Positions 8,600 through 17,261 of a stretch of DNA of 32,000 nucleotides are shown here, piece after piece (the first letter of the stretch is position 1; every line of letters starts with the position of its first letter). Position numbers and translations under genes: made by a program. The stretch lies in contig NZ_CP019964.1 of the NCBI RefSeq assembly GCF_002214165.1, positions 90,001 through 122,000 on the forward strand. The letters are read 5' to 3'. Source of the stretch: Candidatus Saccharimonadota bacterium. Its GTDB lineage: Archaea; Micrarchaeota; Micrarchaeia; Micrarchaeales; Micrarchaeaceae. A model generated the notes under the pieces. That model ran no database searches and was not told where the DNA came from. It saw nothing but the letters and a program-made list of their open reading frames with translations.

Positions 8600-9775
8600 T
8601 CAACGCTTCGCAGCGCTCACTATTTTTATTATGTCTCCGTCCTTCAGTACATAGTTCTTGGCTAACCTTACCTTCTTCACAGCATCAACCGCGTAAAGCA
8701 TATTGTTTCCTATGTCCGTGTGTATCTTCATTGCAAGGTCATAAGCCGTTGACCCCTCGGGCACCAATATTGCATCAGGAAGCACATTGCCGAAATGGTC
8801 TGCGAATTTATTCTCGTCTTCAACGGGATATACTACGATTTCCTTAAGCAGCTTGAACACGATATAATTGATTACATCCTGTACATGTGTGCCTTCTCCC
8901 TTTATGAAATTTGCCATAAAAGAAAGAGCCTTCTTCTGGTCTTCGCTTATTTCGCTATTTAGAATTTCAAATGATTTCATACCAGGTGAATACTTTATCA
9001 CGCCTTTTTCATTCGCCTTCCTAAGCGCATACTCTATAACTGCGGAGCACCATTCAACATCCTTGAAGTTTTCTTTTAATGATTCTACATTCGCCTTCGC
9101 GGTAGCCGTATCCAAATCATATTTATTTGCCACGACCAAAACGGGCTTTGAAATCTCTATCAGCTTCTCTGCAAACTTATAGATCTGTGCATCATCCCAA
9201 TTTATCCTTGACGAAGAAAGCTTTAGTTCATTAATCGTATCTTCAATCTCTGCTCTGGTTATTTTCATCCCTGTAAGGATTTCATAAAGGGCATCTATTC
9301 CATCCTCCCTTCTGGATATCGCCTTGATATGCTTCTTTATAATCCCTGCAAGCCACTTGTGCAGTTCATCATTTACCATATTCACATCATCAACAGGATT
9401 GCAGTTGCTGCACGGGTTTCCTGAAGAATCCGTCCTGCCGCTGGCATCTACCACAAGCATCAAAGCATCTGCTATAGAAAGGTCGTTTAAAAATTGGTTT
9501 CCCATGCCTTTGCCTTCGCTTGCCCCCTCGACAAGTCCTGCAACATCAACTATATTAACCGGGACATACCTTGTTCCTTCAACACAGAGAGAGTTCCTTG
9601 GATTGCACTTTGTGCCAAGCCTCTTTTCTGGGCATTCGACAGCAACATAAGTCAAGCCTTTATTGGGATCTATTGTTGTAAACGGATAATCTGCAACCTG
9701 TGCATCATGCATTGTCAATGCAGAGAACAATGTGCTTTTGCCTTTGTTTGGGGCTCCTATTATGCCTATTAACAT
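8600..9775 (-). CDS. Obg-family (YchF/DRG-like) GTP-binding protein with C-terminal TGS domain
   Basis: G1 GAPNKGKST, G2 YPFTTIDPN, G3 DVAGLV, G4 NKYD (an intact NKxD, so GTP-specific), and a C-terminal TGS-like LKDGDIIKIV. ATG at 9773-9775. Confidence 0.85.
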   Translation of the reverse strand: MLIGIIGAPNKGKSTLFSALTMHDAQVADYPFTTIDPNKGLTYVAVECPEKRLGTKCNPRNSLCVEGTRYVPVNIVDVAGLVEGASEGKGMGNQFLNDLSIADALMLVVDASGRTDSSGNPCSNCNPVDDVNMVNDELHKWLAGIIKKHIKAISRREDGIDALYEILTGMKITRAEIEDTINELKLSSSRINWDDAQIYKFAEKLIEISKPVLVVANKYDLDTATAKANVESLKENFKDVEWCSAVIEYALRKANEKGVIKYSPGMKSFEILNSEISEDQKKALSFMANFIKGEGTHVQDVINYIVFKLLKEIVVYPVEDENKFADHFGNVLPDAILVPEGSTAYDLAMKIHTDIGNNMLYAVDAVKKVRLAKNYVLKDGDIIKIVSAAKR

Positions 9776-9895
9776 TTTATCATCTTAAGAATAATCATTA
9801 ACAAGAAACCAAAAATATATAGCAAACAGATATTATTTATTTATATCCGCAAAATTGCTAGCATTCCCAATAACCAAACCTTACGAATATTGACC

Positions 9896-10265
9896 TTATC
9901 AAATGTGGCGTAAAATCCACACAGATGATTCTTGGGTAAATTTCATGCAATTGCCGCAATAAAAGGCTGAAAGTGCTGGTTGTGCGGCAATGAAAGTGAA
10001 TCCCAAATATACATCAATGGCATGCAGCAAATGTGCCAATGCGCAAAGTATATCCATATCCCAAATGGCATTCATCTGTGAAAAGTGGGGGATGTCAATG
10101 GACAGGGATGTGAATGCTGCGCAGAACATACTCAAAAGGGCTTTGAACTTAATTAGTTCAACTACCAAAGGGCATTCAGGAAGTCAAGCCCGCAGAGACG
10201 GCATAAGACCTTACGCAAGAGAGGCAGTTGCCAATGAAGCAAGAACTATAACGGTGGCATCATGA
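9896..10265 (+). pseudogene. IS200/IS605-family TnpB (OrfB) relic; only the C-terminal ~120 codons remain
   Basis: In one frame: ...MWRKIHTDDSWVNFMQLPQ*KAESAGCAAMKVNPKYTSMACSKCAN...FICEKWGMSMDRDVNAAQNILKRA. This aligns with the TnpB consensus S.sDagW..f...L.YKAe..G..v..V.P.yTSq.Cs.CG...f.C..CG...dRDvNAA.NI. The Tyr of YKAE is replaced by TAA, the second Zn-finger Cys pair is lost (CEKW), and everything upstream (RuvC-I/II) is missing. Confidence 0.75.
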
Positions 10266-10322
10266 CGACAAATCGTAACCAGCCTGGAAGCCCACACCGC
10301 TTGCATGTGGGAGGATGTCACA
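10150..10322 (+). ncRNA. Possible remnant of the TnpB-associated omega/right-end RNA scaffold
   Basis: Locally GC-richer than the surroundings and spans the tnpB 3' end, where omega-RNAs are normally encoded. It ends with the hairpin cccaca(10291-10296)-ccgcuugca-uguggg(10306-10311) followed by gaggaugucacac. The boundaries are guesses. Confidence 0.3.
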
Positions 10323-10370
10323 CAAAACTTATTAATATATAAACGCACGCTAAGTAAAGGAGGAATGGTT

Positions 10371-11297
10371 ATGGTATCAAAGGACAAAAAAGTTTACAAG
10401 AACAAAGTCACTGAGTTGGAGTATAAGGGGAATTCCCTAATTTATCCTAATGGATCTTCAATAATGGGGAATCAGTTTAAAAATGAATTCGATTACGTAA
10501 AATTTATAGCAGGGAAAGGCCCAAAGCTAGTTCTAGTAGGAGGCGGAGAAAGGAAGGTTGAAACTCCATTAAAACTGGCAGGGTACTTGAACCCATCAGA
10601 TGATATAGACATAGCTGCAAAAGAATCGGATGTTAATTATATACTTAATAACCACAAATCTGGAACATTCCGCATGATAGATAACACAAAGACAGTCTGC
10701 GAAGGGCTAAGTTCATATAAAGAGGTAATATATTATTCCTTATTTAGCGTAATAAAAGACACTGAGGTTCCGGACAGGGACAAGTACATAGACATATTCA
10801 CGAGAAATATAGGACCAATACCTGTATACGAGAATATGTTCAATGATGCCATTAATGCCAAAATATCCTATGAGTCTAGTTCAGGGAAAGAATCAATAAA
10901 GGTGAAGCTGCAGCCTCCCGAGTACAGCATTGCGACTTCATTGAATCCTCTTGTATATAAGGATAAAAGGGCAATCCCTGAAATTGTGTCCTTATATATG
11001 CTGTTTTCGAAGGACTTTATTGATTTTGATTCAGTACTTCAAGGCGCAATGAAACTGCTTAAGGCAAGCGAAAAGCTGGTTGCAGATAAAATAAGCGTTT
11101 ATAGCAACAATTACAACCCTCCTGAAGATATTGATATGGCAAGGTATACCAATTATTCCGACAACATAAATAAAATAAGCAGCAAATTGGGCAACAATCG
11201 CAACAAGGTGCGCAGGATACTCCGCAAAGGCGATGTAGAAATGGAAAAGTTTGATGAATTCTATGAAACCTTAAGCAACGCATTCAAGGATTATTAA
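10371..11297 (+). CDS. Hypothetical protein with weak nucleotidyltransferase-fold-like motif
   Basis: Long ORF with normal codon usage. The SD-like aaggagg (10357-10363) precedes ATGs at 10365 and 10371. LVLVGGGERKVETPLKLAGYLNPSDDIDIAA plus downstream KYIDIFT resemble the G[GS]-x(n)-DxD ... hDh pattern of the Pol-beta/AbiEii-type NTase fold. This is motif-level evidence only. The track start at 10305 lies inside the IS remnant. Confidence 0.55.
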   Translation: MVSKDKKVYKNKVTELEYKGNSLIYPNGSSIMGNQFKNEFDYVKFIAGKGPKLVLVGGGERKVETPLKLAGYLNPSDDIDIAAKESDVNYILNNHKSGTFRMIDNTKTVCEGLSSYKEVIYYSLFSVIKDTEVPDRDKYIDIFTRNIGPIPVYENMFNDAINAKISYESSSGKESIKVKLQPPEYSIATSLNPLVYKDKRAIPEIVSLYMLFSKDFIDFDSVLQGAMKLLKASEKLVADKISVYSNNYNPPEDIDMARYTNYSDNINKISSKLGNNRNKVRRILRKGDVEMEKFDEFYETLSNAFKDY

Positions 11298-11371
11298 GCA
11301 GTTTATCCCTGCCAAAAACATGTGCTAGGCATAAAAGGTTATAAAATACTTTTTCTTGAATAACTATTGTT

Positions 11372-13810
11372 ATGGTTTCTCAAAGTGATTCCTTGGACGA
11401 AAAACCCAATATACTGGAAAATATAAACTCTACTAACACGACCCAAGATAGTCAGAGCGCAGTAAAAATTCCAAAGCCATCGTTCAAAGAAGGTGTCTTA
11501 AGGAATCAAAACTTAATAATTGCAATCTTATTTCTGCTTATATTGATTTTAACAATATACTTGAGAACCGGAATGATGAAGTACGAAGGATTCTTTTCGC
11601 CAGATGGATTCTACAAGTATGCGGTTTTACAACAGGCAATTCTCCATAATTATACTATACCTGAAACCCTTATTTACTCCGGTTTCCCTACTCATAACTA
11701 TATATCAAACAGGCTTGGAGGCTATTATGTAAGCTTATACCCATACATAATCCTTAAAGGGCTTGGGGTAAGCTTATATACGATAATGCGTGATATACCT
11801 CTTGTTTTTGCCCTCCTAGATGCAATAGCAATATACTTCCTGATGCAATACCTTTCAAAAAGCAAAGTTCTTGGCTTGCTGGGTATGCTGATGGTAGCGG
11901 TATCCCCGGCAAATTTATCTGTAACATCAGCACTGGTTTATAGGGGAGACATATTCATATCAGTATTTGCAATAGTTGCATTTATTCTTTTAATAAAAGC
12001 CTATAGGTCAAGAACAGCAAAATCCGAATTTGAGTATGCCGTATTAACATCAATCGTGCTTGGATTTGGAACAATGATATGGGGAGGGGCACCATTCACG
12101 GTTGCGATATACTTCCTGGCCATAGCAATTATGGTGGCTGTTGGATATATAAGAGGTGACAAAAAGTCTTTGAAAATATCTTCTATCCTGGCGGCCACGA
12201 TAATAATAGAATATCTTATGGAGCACATTTTCGAAGCACTTGGAATAATAAGGGTACCAGAGTTTCTTTCAGGAGCTTCGTTTTTTGTATTTTACCTGCC
12301 TTTAGTTATAGGATCAATAATAGCACTATATATAATAGGTTACAGAGAAAAGGCAGCAGCCGCGGGGGAGAAAATAAATCCCCTTATAAGCAAAATATCA
12401 ATGTCACCAATATCAAGAGCAGGGTTCGTAGTGGCAATAGCAATAATAGTGGCAATAATTATTTTGGTCCCCTTTTCAAGTGTAATAAAGGTAATAGCTT
12501 CTGGAGGTGGCCTTGTTTCTGCCCAAACCGCATTGGAAAAAACGATACAAGAACTAGCGCCACCCACAACAACTTTCATATGGGACAGTTATAACCTAGA
12601 AATTATACTATTTGTCATAGGAGTAGCGGCATACCTGCTTTTTGCAAGCGATTTGGGAAGCAGAACACAGACAAGTTCATACAAAAACATATATAAGAGG
12701 ATAACAGGGAACTTTACCCCTGAGTTTGTGATAATGGTATCCTACTTGCTTGTGACAGGGTATCTGCAGTCTCAAGCAACAAGGTACGGCTCATTGTTCT
12801 CAGTACCAGTTGCTGTATTCTCTGCATACGCCCTTTATTCGATAGGGATTGTAATAAGCAGGAAATTCAATAGCATAAATGCAAGCAAATACCGGATAAC
12901 CAAGGAATTTGGCAGCTGGAACTACATATATTATGGATTGGCAACAGGACTGATAATAATAATGCTGATGTATGCGTTTACAACGACGGCAACCAATGCT
13001 CCATCCGACAACATAAATTCCCAGTTCCTTAGCGCTTTGTCGTGGATGAAGAACAATACCCCTTCAAACTCAACTGTTTTAGCGGTATGGCCAGATGGAT
13101 CGGAAGTAGAGGGCTGGGCAAACAGGCAATCTGTAATGGACAGTGTAGGGGGCCAGAACCCAAAATCTATAAAGGGATTCTCCTTATTCCTGTTCAATGA
13201 TTCACCTGATATCCAGTACCTTAATTCTGTGCATAATCCAGATTACATAGTTGCAAGGAATTATTGGTGGAGTGAGATAGGGGGAATAGAAGTTGAGGGA
13301 TTGCTTTCCAATTCAAGCAGCCCCGGTTATGCAGGAAATGAGAAAAACTTCTCAGTCGTAATGTTTCCTTCAAGCACAGAATCAAAATATAGCAACGGAT
13401 ATGTTTTCCTTATGAACATAACCAGCATAAATCTCTACACCGCGCTGATATATAATACGTCAGACATTAACAAAAGCTACGCAATAGAATATACTCCCGG
13501 AGGCAGAAGCTACAAATACATAAAGCATATACTGATATATGATATATCAAACTTTGACCATATACTTATAAACTCCTCCGAGCCAGGAGCTTTAAACTCA
13601 ACACTTTATGTCGAAACTTCCGCTGAAGGGACTCAGTTCATATACCTTTTAGGACCAAAATTCCTGAACAGCAATTTTGTCAAAATTGAGTCATTATGCA
13701 ATTCCACAGCGTGCAACTATGATGCAAACGGGTCAGTGAAGCTAAAGATGGTTTATGGCAACGATGACACGAAGATTTTCAAGGTAATCTATCCGAACGC
13801 TTCAACTTGA
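11372..13810 (+). CDS. aglB: Oligosaccharyltransferase AglB (STT3 family), divergent catalytic motif
   Basis: 812 aa with a membrane domain of about 13 TM helices followed by a soluble C-terminal domain. EL1 contains FFSPDGFYKY (compare STT3 FDPWFNYR). VLAVWPDGSEVEGWANRQSVMDSVGGQN aligns with eukaryotic STT3 [25 protein letters not shown]. Confidence 0.8.
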   Translation: MVSQSDSLDEKPNILENINSTNTTQDSQSAVKIPKPSFKEGVLRNQNLIIAILFLLILILTIYLRTGMMKYEGFFSPDGFYKYAVLQQAILHNYTIPETLIYSGFPTHNYISNRLGGYYVSLYPYIILKGLGVSLYTIMRDIPLVFALLDAIAIYFLMQYLSKSKVLGLLGMLMVAVSPANLSVTSALVYRGDIFISVFAIVAFILLIKAYRSRTAKSEFEYAVLTSIVLGFGTMIWGGAPFTVAIYFLAIAIMVAVGYIRGDKKSLKISSILAATIIIEYLMEHIFEALGIIRVPEFLSGASFFVFYLPLVIGSIIALYIIGYREKAAAAGEKINPLISKISMSPISRAGFVVAIAIIVAIIILVPFSSVIKVIASGGGLVSAQTALEKTIQELAPPTTTFIWDSYNLEIILFVIGVAAYLLFASDLGSRTQTSSYKNIYKRITGNFTPEFVIMVSYLLVTGYLQSQATRYGSLFSVPVAVFSAYALYSIGIVISRKFNSINASKYRITKEFGSWNYIYYGLATGLIIIMLMYAFTTTATNAPSDNINSQFLSALSWMKNNTPSNSTVLAVWPDGSEVEGWANRQSVMDSVGGQNPKSIKGFSLFLFNDSPDIQYLNSVHNPDYIVARNYWWSEIGGIEVEGLLSNSSSPGYAGNEKNFSVVMFPSSTESKYSNGYVFLMNITSINLYTALIYNTSDINKSYAIEYTPGGRSYKYIKHILIYDISNFDHILINSSEPGALNSTLYVETSAEGTQFIYLLGPKFLNSNFVKIESLCNSTACNYDANGSVKLKMVYGNDDTKIFKVIYPNAST

Positions 13811-14954
13811 CGATTGGGTAATCCAGGGCATCCGCCTTCAGAAGGCTTCTGTCAGATATGTCATCCATACCGACTGAATTTGACAGTTCATCTATGTAAC
13901 TTAGTCTTGTCGTAGTGACGGCATCTCTTGAATGCATGGAGCACACATCCTTGTACTTTATTATCGATTGATCGTATGTGCCTATTTCTTTGGCCTTTGA
14001 TATTATATCCTGCTTGTCTAACCCTATCAGGGGCCTCATTACCAGCAGGTCATTTACATCATGCGAAGTAGATATAAGGTTGGAAACAGTCTGGGATGAC
14101 ACCTGGCTCAAGCTTTCTCCTGTCACTATAACTTTGGCCCCCTCCTTTTTAGCTATTTTTTTAGCCATCTGGTAAAGCATGCGCTTGAATAATATAATCT
14201 CGAACGAATGCTTCACATCAAGTATGGAAAGTTGGAATATGTACGCGGGTACATAATAAACCCTAAACCTACTGTAGTACTTAGAAAGAGTTTCAAGGAT
14301 CAATCCCATCTTAGAGTTCTCCGCTTTGCCGTTGTCGTTGAATGCGTGTACATGAAGGTATATTGGGACAAGCCCTCTCTTCATCGCATAATAGGATGCA
14401 ACAGGGGAATCTATCCCCCCTGAAAGCAGTATGACAGCTTTTCCTGACATGCCAACCGGAAGCCCACCAAGGCCTTTGAAAACTTCTTTATTTAGATATT
14501 CAAAAGTGCCTATATTCGTAGGGTTTATGAAAAGAATTTTATCCGAATCCCTAGAAACTTCTATACTGTCCTGATTTATAAAAGCGGATACTATATCCTT
14601 AGAGGTGAACTCCAAGCTTTTGTCTGTCCTGTGGGCAGATATCTTAAAAGGCCCTATCTCATTGCTGCATAACTTTAAGGCAGCTTTTAGTACAGAATCA
14701 ATACTGTTATCGGTAATAACTCCTTTTATAAATCTAGATATCCCGAACACATATCCAAGCTTTTCCAGTATGCTACCTGTATCAGACGATCCATCAATGT
14801 ATATAAGGAACCTATCTCTAAGAGGCACAAATCTACTATATTTAAGCCCTGAAATGGAATCCAATACATTATCCTTAAGCATCTTTATGAAATTTGGCCT
14901 ATTTTTACCTTTAAGCCAAAGTTCCCCGAAATAAACTACTATAACCTCCTGCAT
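13779..14954 (-). CDS. thiI: tRNA 4-thiouridine sulfurtransferase ThiI (no rhodanese domain)
   Basis: N-terminal ferredoxin-like/THUMP region (YFGELWLKGKNRPNF) and the PP-loop AVILLSGGIDSPVA. At 391 aa it is the typical short archaeal form. Confidence 0.9.
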   Translation of the reverse strand: MQEVIVVYFGELWLKGKNRPNFIKMLKDNVLDSISGLKYSRFVPLRDRFLIYIDGSSDTGSILEKLGYVFGISRFIKGVITDNSIDSVLKAALKLCSNEIGPFKISAHRTDKSLEFTSKDIVSAFINQDSIEVSRDSDKILFINPTNIGTFEYLNKEVFKGLGGLPVGMSGKAVILLSGGIDSPVASYYAMKRGLVPIYLHVHAFNDNGKAENSKMGLILETLSKYYSRFRVYYVPAYIFQLSILDVKHSFEIILFKRMLYQMAKKIAKKEGAKVIVTGESLSQVSSQTVSNLISTSHDVNDLLVMRPLIGLDKQDIISKAKEIGTYDQSIIKYKDVCSMHSRDAVTTTRLSYIDELSNSVGMDDISDRSLLKADALDYPIVKLKRSDRLP

Positions 14955-15141
14955 TTAAATCAGCTTACAAATTTTAAATTAAGGATAACTATGCTCTATG
15001 CAGACGGAAACGTCAAATCAAAGAGCAATTCCAATGTTATTTTATTGAAAGGTAAAAATTATTATACCTGACCGATTTCCATTTATGAATAAATAAAAGC
15101 AAATATTATATATTTGAAAAAATACAAGATTAACGATTATC

Positions 15142-15693
15142 ATGGCAACTTACTTCGAAAAGAGGTCTGCAAAGAAGAGGAAGAGCGAGCTTGAGAAGGA
15201 ATACGTTAAAAAGGATAAGGAATTCGATTACATGACGCAGAACAAAGACGAATTGACTAAACGTGCCATTGGTGTAATAGAATCCGAAAATGACGATAAG
15301 CCGTTATCAGAAGAGAAAATCAAGGTAGTGTCAAAAGCCGTGCAAAGCACGATGGACTACATCACCAGCAACAGAGACCGTTATATTAATCACTTCAAGG
15401 ATATAATAAAATATTATGATGACGTAAAAGAGGATGACCCTGAAAGAATAGAGAAATTGAGAAACTTTACAGCACCTTTGAGGGATAGTGTAATCAGTAT
15501 AATAGAAGATTCTTTAACTGCCGAAGAAAATGCAATGCTTACTGATGACGACAAGAAGCTAATATACGTGGTAATACAGGTAGGTTTCATAAAACCATAC
15601 ACAAGGCATCGGCTTGCAGCCCAAAAATACGGGGACATGATGAGAGCAGAGGACCAGATAATCAACAGCAAAAAGAATGATGTAGACTACTAA
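15142..15693 (+). CDS. Hypothetical highly charged soluble protein
   Basis: 183-aa ORF, K/E/D-rich and probably helical, with no recognisable family. The stop codon is embedded in a 9-bp perfect hairpin (15691-15713). Confidence 0.5.
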   Translation: MATYFEKRSAKKRKSELEKEYVKKDKEFDYMTQNKDELTKRAIGVIESENDDKPLSEEKIKVVSKAVQSTMDYITSNRDRYINHFKDIIKYYDDVKEDDPERIEKLRNFTAPLRDSVISIIEDSLTAEENAMLTDDDKKLIYVVIQVGFIKPYTRHRLAAQKYGDMMRAEDQIINSKKNDVDY

Positions 15694-15876
15694 TAATACT
15701 AGGGGTATTATTAGGTCAATCCAGAGTCGGCTATCCTGTTATAAATCCTGTTAAATGTATTTTTCTAATTATTCAATAGTATAGCAGGAAAGTCAAATGC
15801 AAGGGCAATAATAGAAACTATTATAAAACAAACAATTTAAGTTATTAAACAAATACTAATGATTAGGTAGGTTCCA

Positions 15877-16074
15877 ATGAACGTATATGAAAAATTCAAA
15901 TCATTCTTATCAAATTCAAGGCATATTATAGATATAAGCTACAAGCCAGAGAGCAGGGAATATGACAGAAGCGCAAAGATAATAATACTAGGTATATTGC
16001 TATTGGGAGTAGTGGGATTCATAATTGCCGTGATAATATCCCTTCTGGTTACCGGAACATTGTCAATGGTGTGA
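15877..16074 (+). CDS. secE: Preprotein translocase subunit SecE (Sec61-gamma)
   Basis: 65 aa. An amphipathic N-terminus with YKPESREY is followed by a single C-terminal TM (IIILGILLLGVVGFIIAVIISLLV), which is the archaeal SecE architecture. Confidence 0.7.
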   Translation: MNVYEKFKSFLSNSRHIIDISYKPESREYDRSAKIIILGILLLGVVGFIIAVIISLLVTGTLSMV

Positions 16075-16114
16075 CCGCAGGCATGCTATAAGACAATAAG
16101 CGAAAGGTGCAAAG

Positions 16115-16888
16115 ATGGAGATAAAGCTTGATTTTACAAAATCCTCACAGGAAAATGGGAACCACTATTATGAGGAAGCAAAAAGGCTTGAAGGCAAGAT
16201 CGAAAGGGCCGAGGAGGCGACAAGTGCATTGAGAGCAAAGGCAGAAGAAGAGAAGTCAAGAGAATCAGAAGTCAAAACCAAAATTATAAAAGTGCAAGAG
16301 AAGAAATGGTACGAAAAGTTCCACTGGTTTTTTACTACAGGCAACCTGCTTGCCATAGGAGGAAGGGATGCACAGCAGAACGAGCTATTGAATTCAAAGT
16401 ACTTTGAGGACCACGACCTATTTTTCCACGCAAACATATTCGGCGCATCAGTAGTAATACTAAAGGATGGATTGAATGCATCCAAAGATGACAAGGAAGA
16501 ATGTGCTCAGTTCTCGGCATCATATTCAAGCGCATGGAATAAGATGCAGGGAGAGGTGGATGTATACTGCATGAGGCGCGACCAAGTAAGCAAATCCACG
16601 AACAAAGGTTCATTGGGGACTGGGAGTTTCCTATTAAAAGGAGAGAGGGAATGGTACAGGAATACCAATCTAAAGCTGGTAGCCATTGTAGAAAATGAGA
16701 AGCTTGAGGTTCTTCCTTACAAGCGATTCCTGCACATTGAAAACACCGAGCAAATAAAGAGAGTAATAATAGAAATTGGGAGGATACAGAAATCGGATGC
16801 TGCAAAGAAGATATCATCAATACTGAAATACGATGATATTAATACTATAATGCAACAGCTTCCAGCAGGAACATTCTCACTGGAGTAA
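16115..16888 (+). CDS. Short NFACT-family protein: coiled coil + NFACT-R (DUF814) domain
   Basis: KWYEKFHWFFTTGNLLAIGGRDAQQNELLNSKYFEDHDLFFHANIFGASVVILKDG is the DUF814/NFACT-R signature (W.ekfrwf.ssdG..i..GrdA.qNe.L..ky....D...Had..Ga). It is preceded by a charged coiled-coil segment. No NFACT-N domain is present. Confidence 0.75.
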   Translation: MEIKLDFTKSSQENGNHYYEEAKRLEGKIERAEEATSALRAKAEEEKSRESEVKTKIIKVQEKKWYEKFHWFFTTGNLLAIGGRDAQQNELLNSKYFEDHDLFFHANIFGASVVILKDGLNASKDDKEECAQFSASYSSAWNKMQGEVDVYCMRRDQVSKSTNKGSLGTGSFLLKGEREWYRNTNLKLVAIVENEKLEVLPYKRFLHIENTEQIKRVIIEIGRIQKSDAAKKISSILKYDDINTIMQQLPAGTFSLE

Positions 16889-16940
16889 TAATAATACCCG
16901 CAAAAGCAACAATATTAATCTACGCTAGAAAAAAGAACTC

Positions 16941-17258
16941 CTATCTACGGGCTCTATTCCTGACAAGTTTTATGAAATTCCATGAGGCCACAATAGTAAA
17001 CGCCGCCTCCAATATTATAAATACATTAAGCTGAAGCAGTATGGAATACACAAATAGCACAAAATCACCGACTATCTGAGTAGACCAACCTAATTTATGT
17101 TCATTCCTCCCGAGCAGGTAAATCGACGCCAACAGGATCAGCATCCCTGCATATCCTAAAATTGTAGCAAAATTCAATAAATCACCAAAATTTGAAAGTC
17201 TATTCTGCAAGCAAGCTATAAAAAACGATGCACAATAAGTGAAACATAAAATACGCAT
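16941..17258 (-). CDS. Small membrane protein (about 3 TM helices), function unknown
   Basis: 105-aa hydrophobic ORF with a basic C-terminal tail (VRNRARR). The ATG at 17256-17258 lies 3 nt downstream of the tRNA-Leu 3' end on the same strand. Coding status is plausible but unproven. Confidence 0.4.
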   Translation of the reverse strand: MRILCFTYCASFFIACLQNRLSNFGDLLNFATILGYAGMLILLASIYLLGRNEHKLGWSTQIVGDFVLFVYSILLQLNVFIILEAAFTIVASWNFIKLVRNRARR

Positions 17259-17261
17259 AAA

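Noticed and set aside
9899-10168. 89-aa minus-strand ORF in the GTPase-aglB spacer
   Set aside because: It is antisense to the TnpB relic, whose plus-strand frame aligns residue by residue with the TnpB C-terminal consensus.
14955-15141. Intergenic regions 14955-15141, 15694-15876, 17347-17477, 20510-20650, 27422-27567 and 29950-30110 as hosts of further sRNAs (C/D box, SRP RNA or RNase P)
   Set aside because: I scanned both strands by eye for RUGAUGA...CUGA arrangements and for GC-rich structured stretches. I found only AT-rich promoter/terminator-like sequence and partial box matches with wrong spacing.
15691-15713. 9-bp perfect hairpin taataatac-taggg-gtattatta at the stop codon of the 183-aa ORF as a riboswitch or ncRNA
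   Set aside because: It is too small and AT-only, and it has no flanking conserved structure. It is most simply a 3'-end stabilising or terminator-like hairpin.
16168-16820. Minus-strand ORFs 16168-16494 and 16335-16820
   Set aside because: They are antisense to the NFACT-R gene and have Cys/His/Leu-rich, nonsense-like composition.
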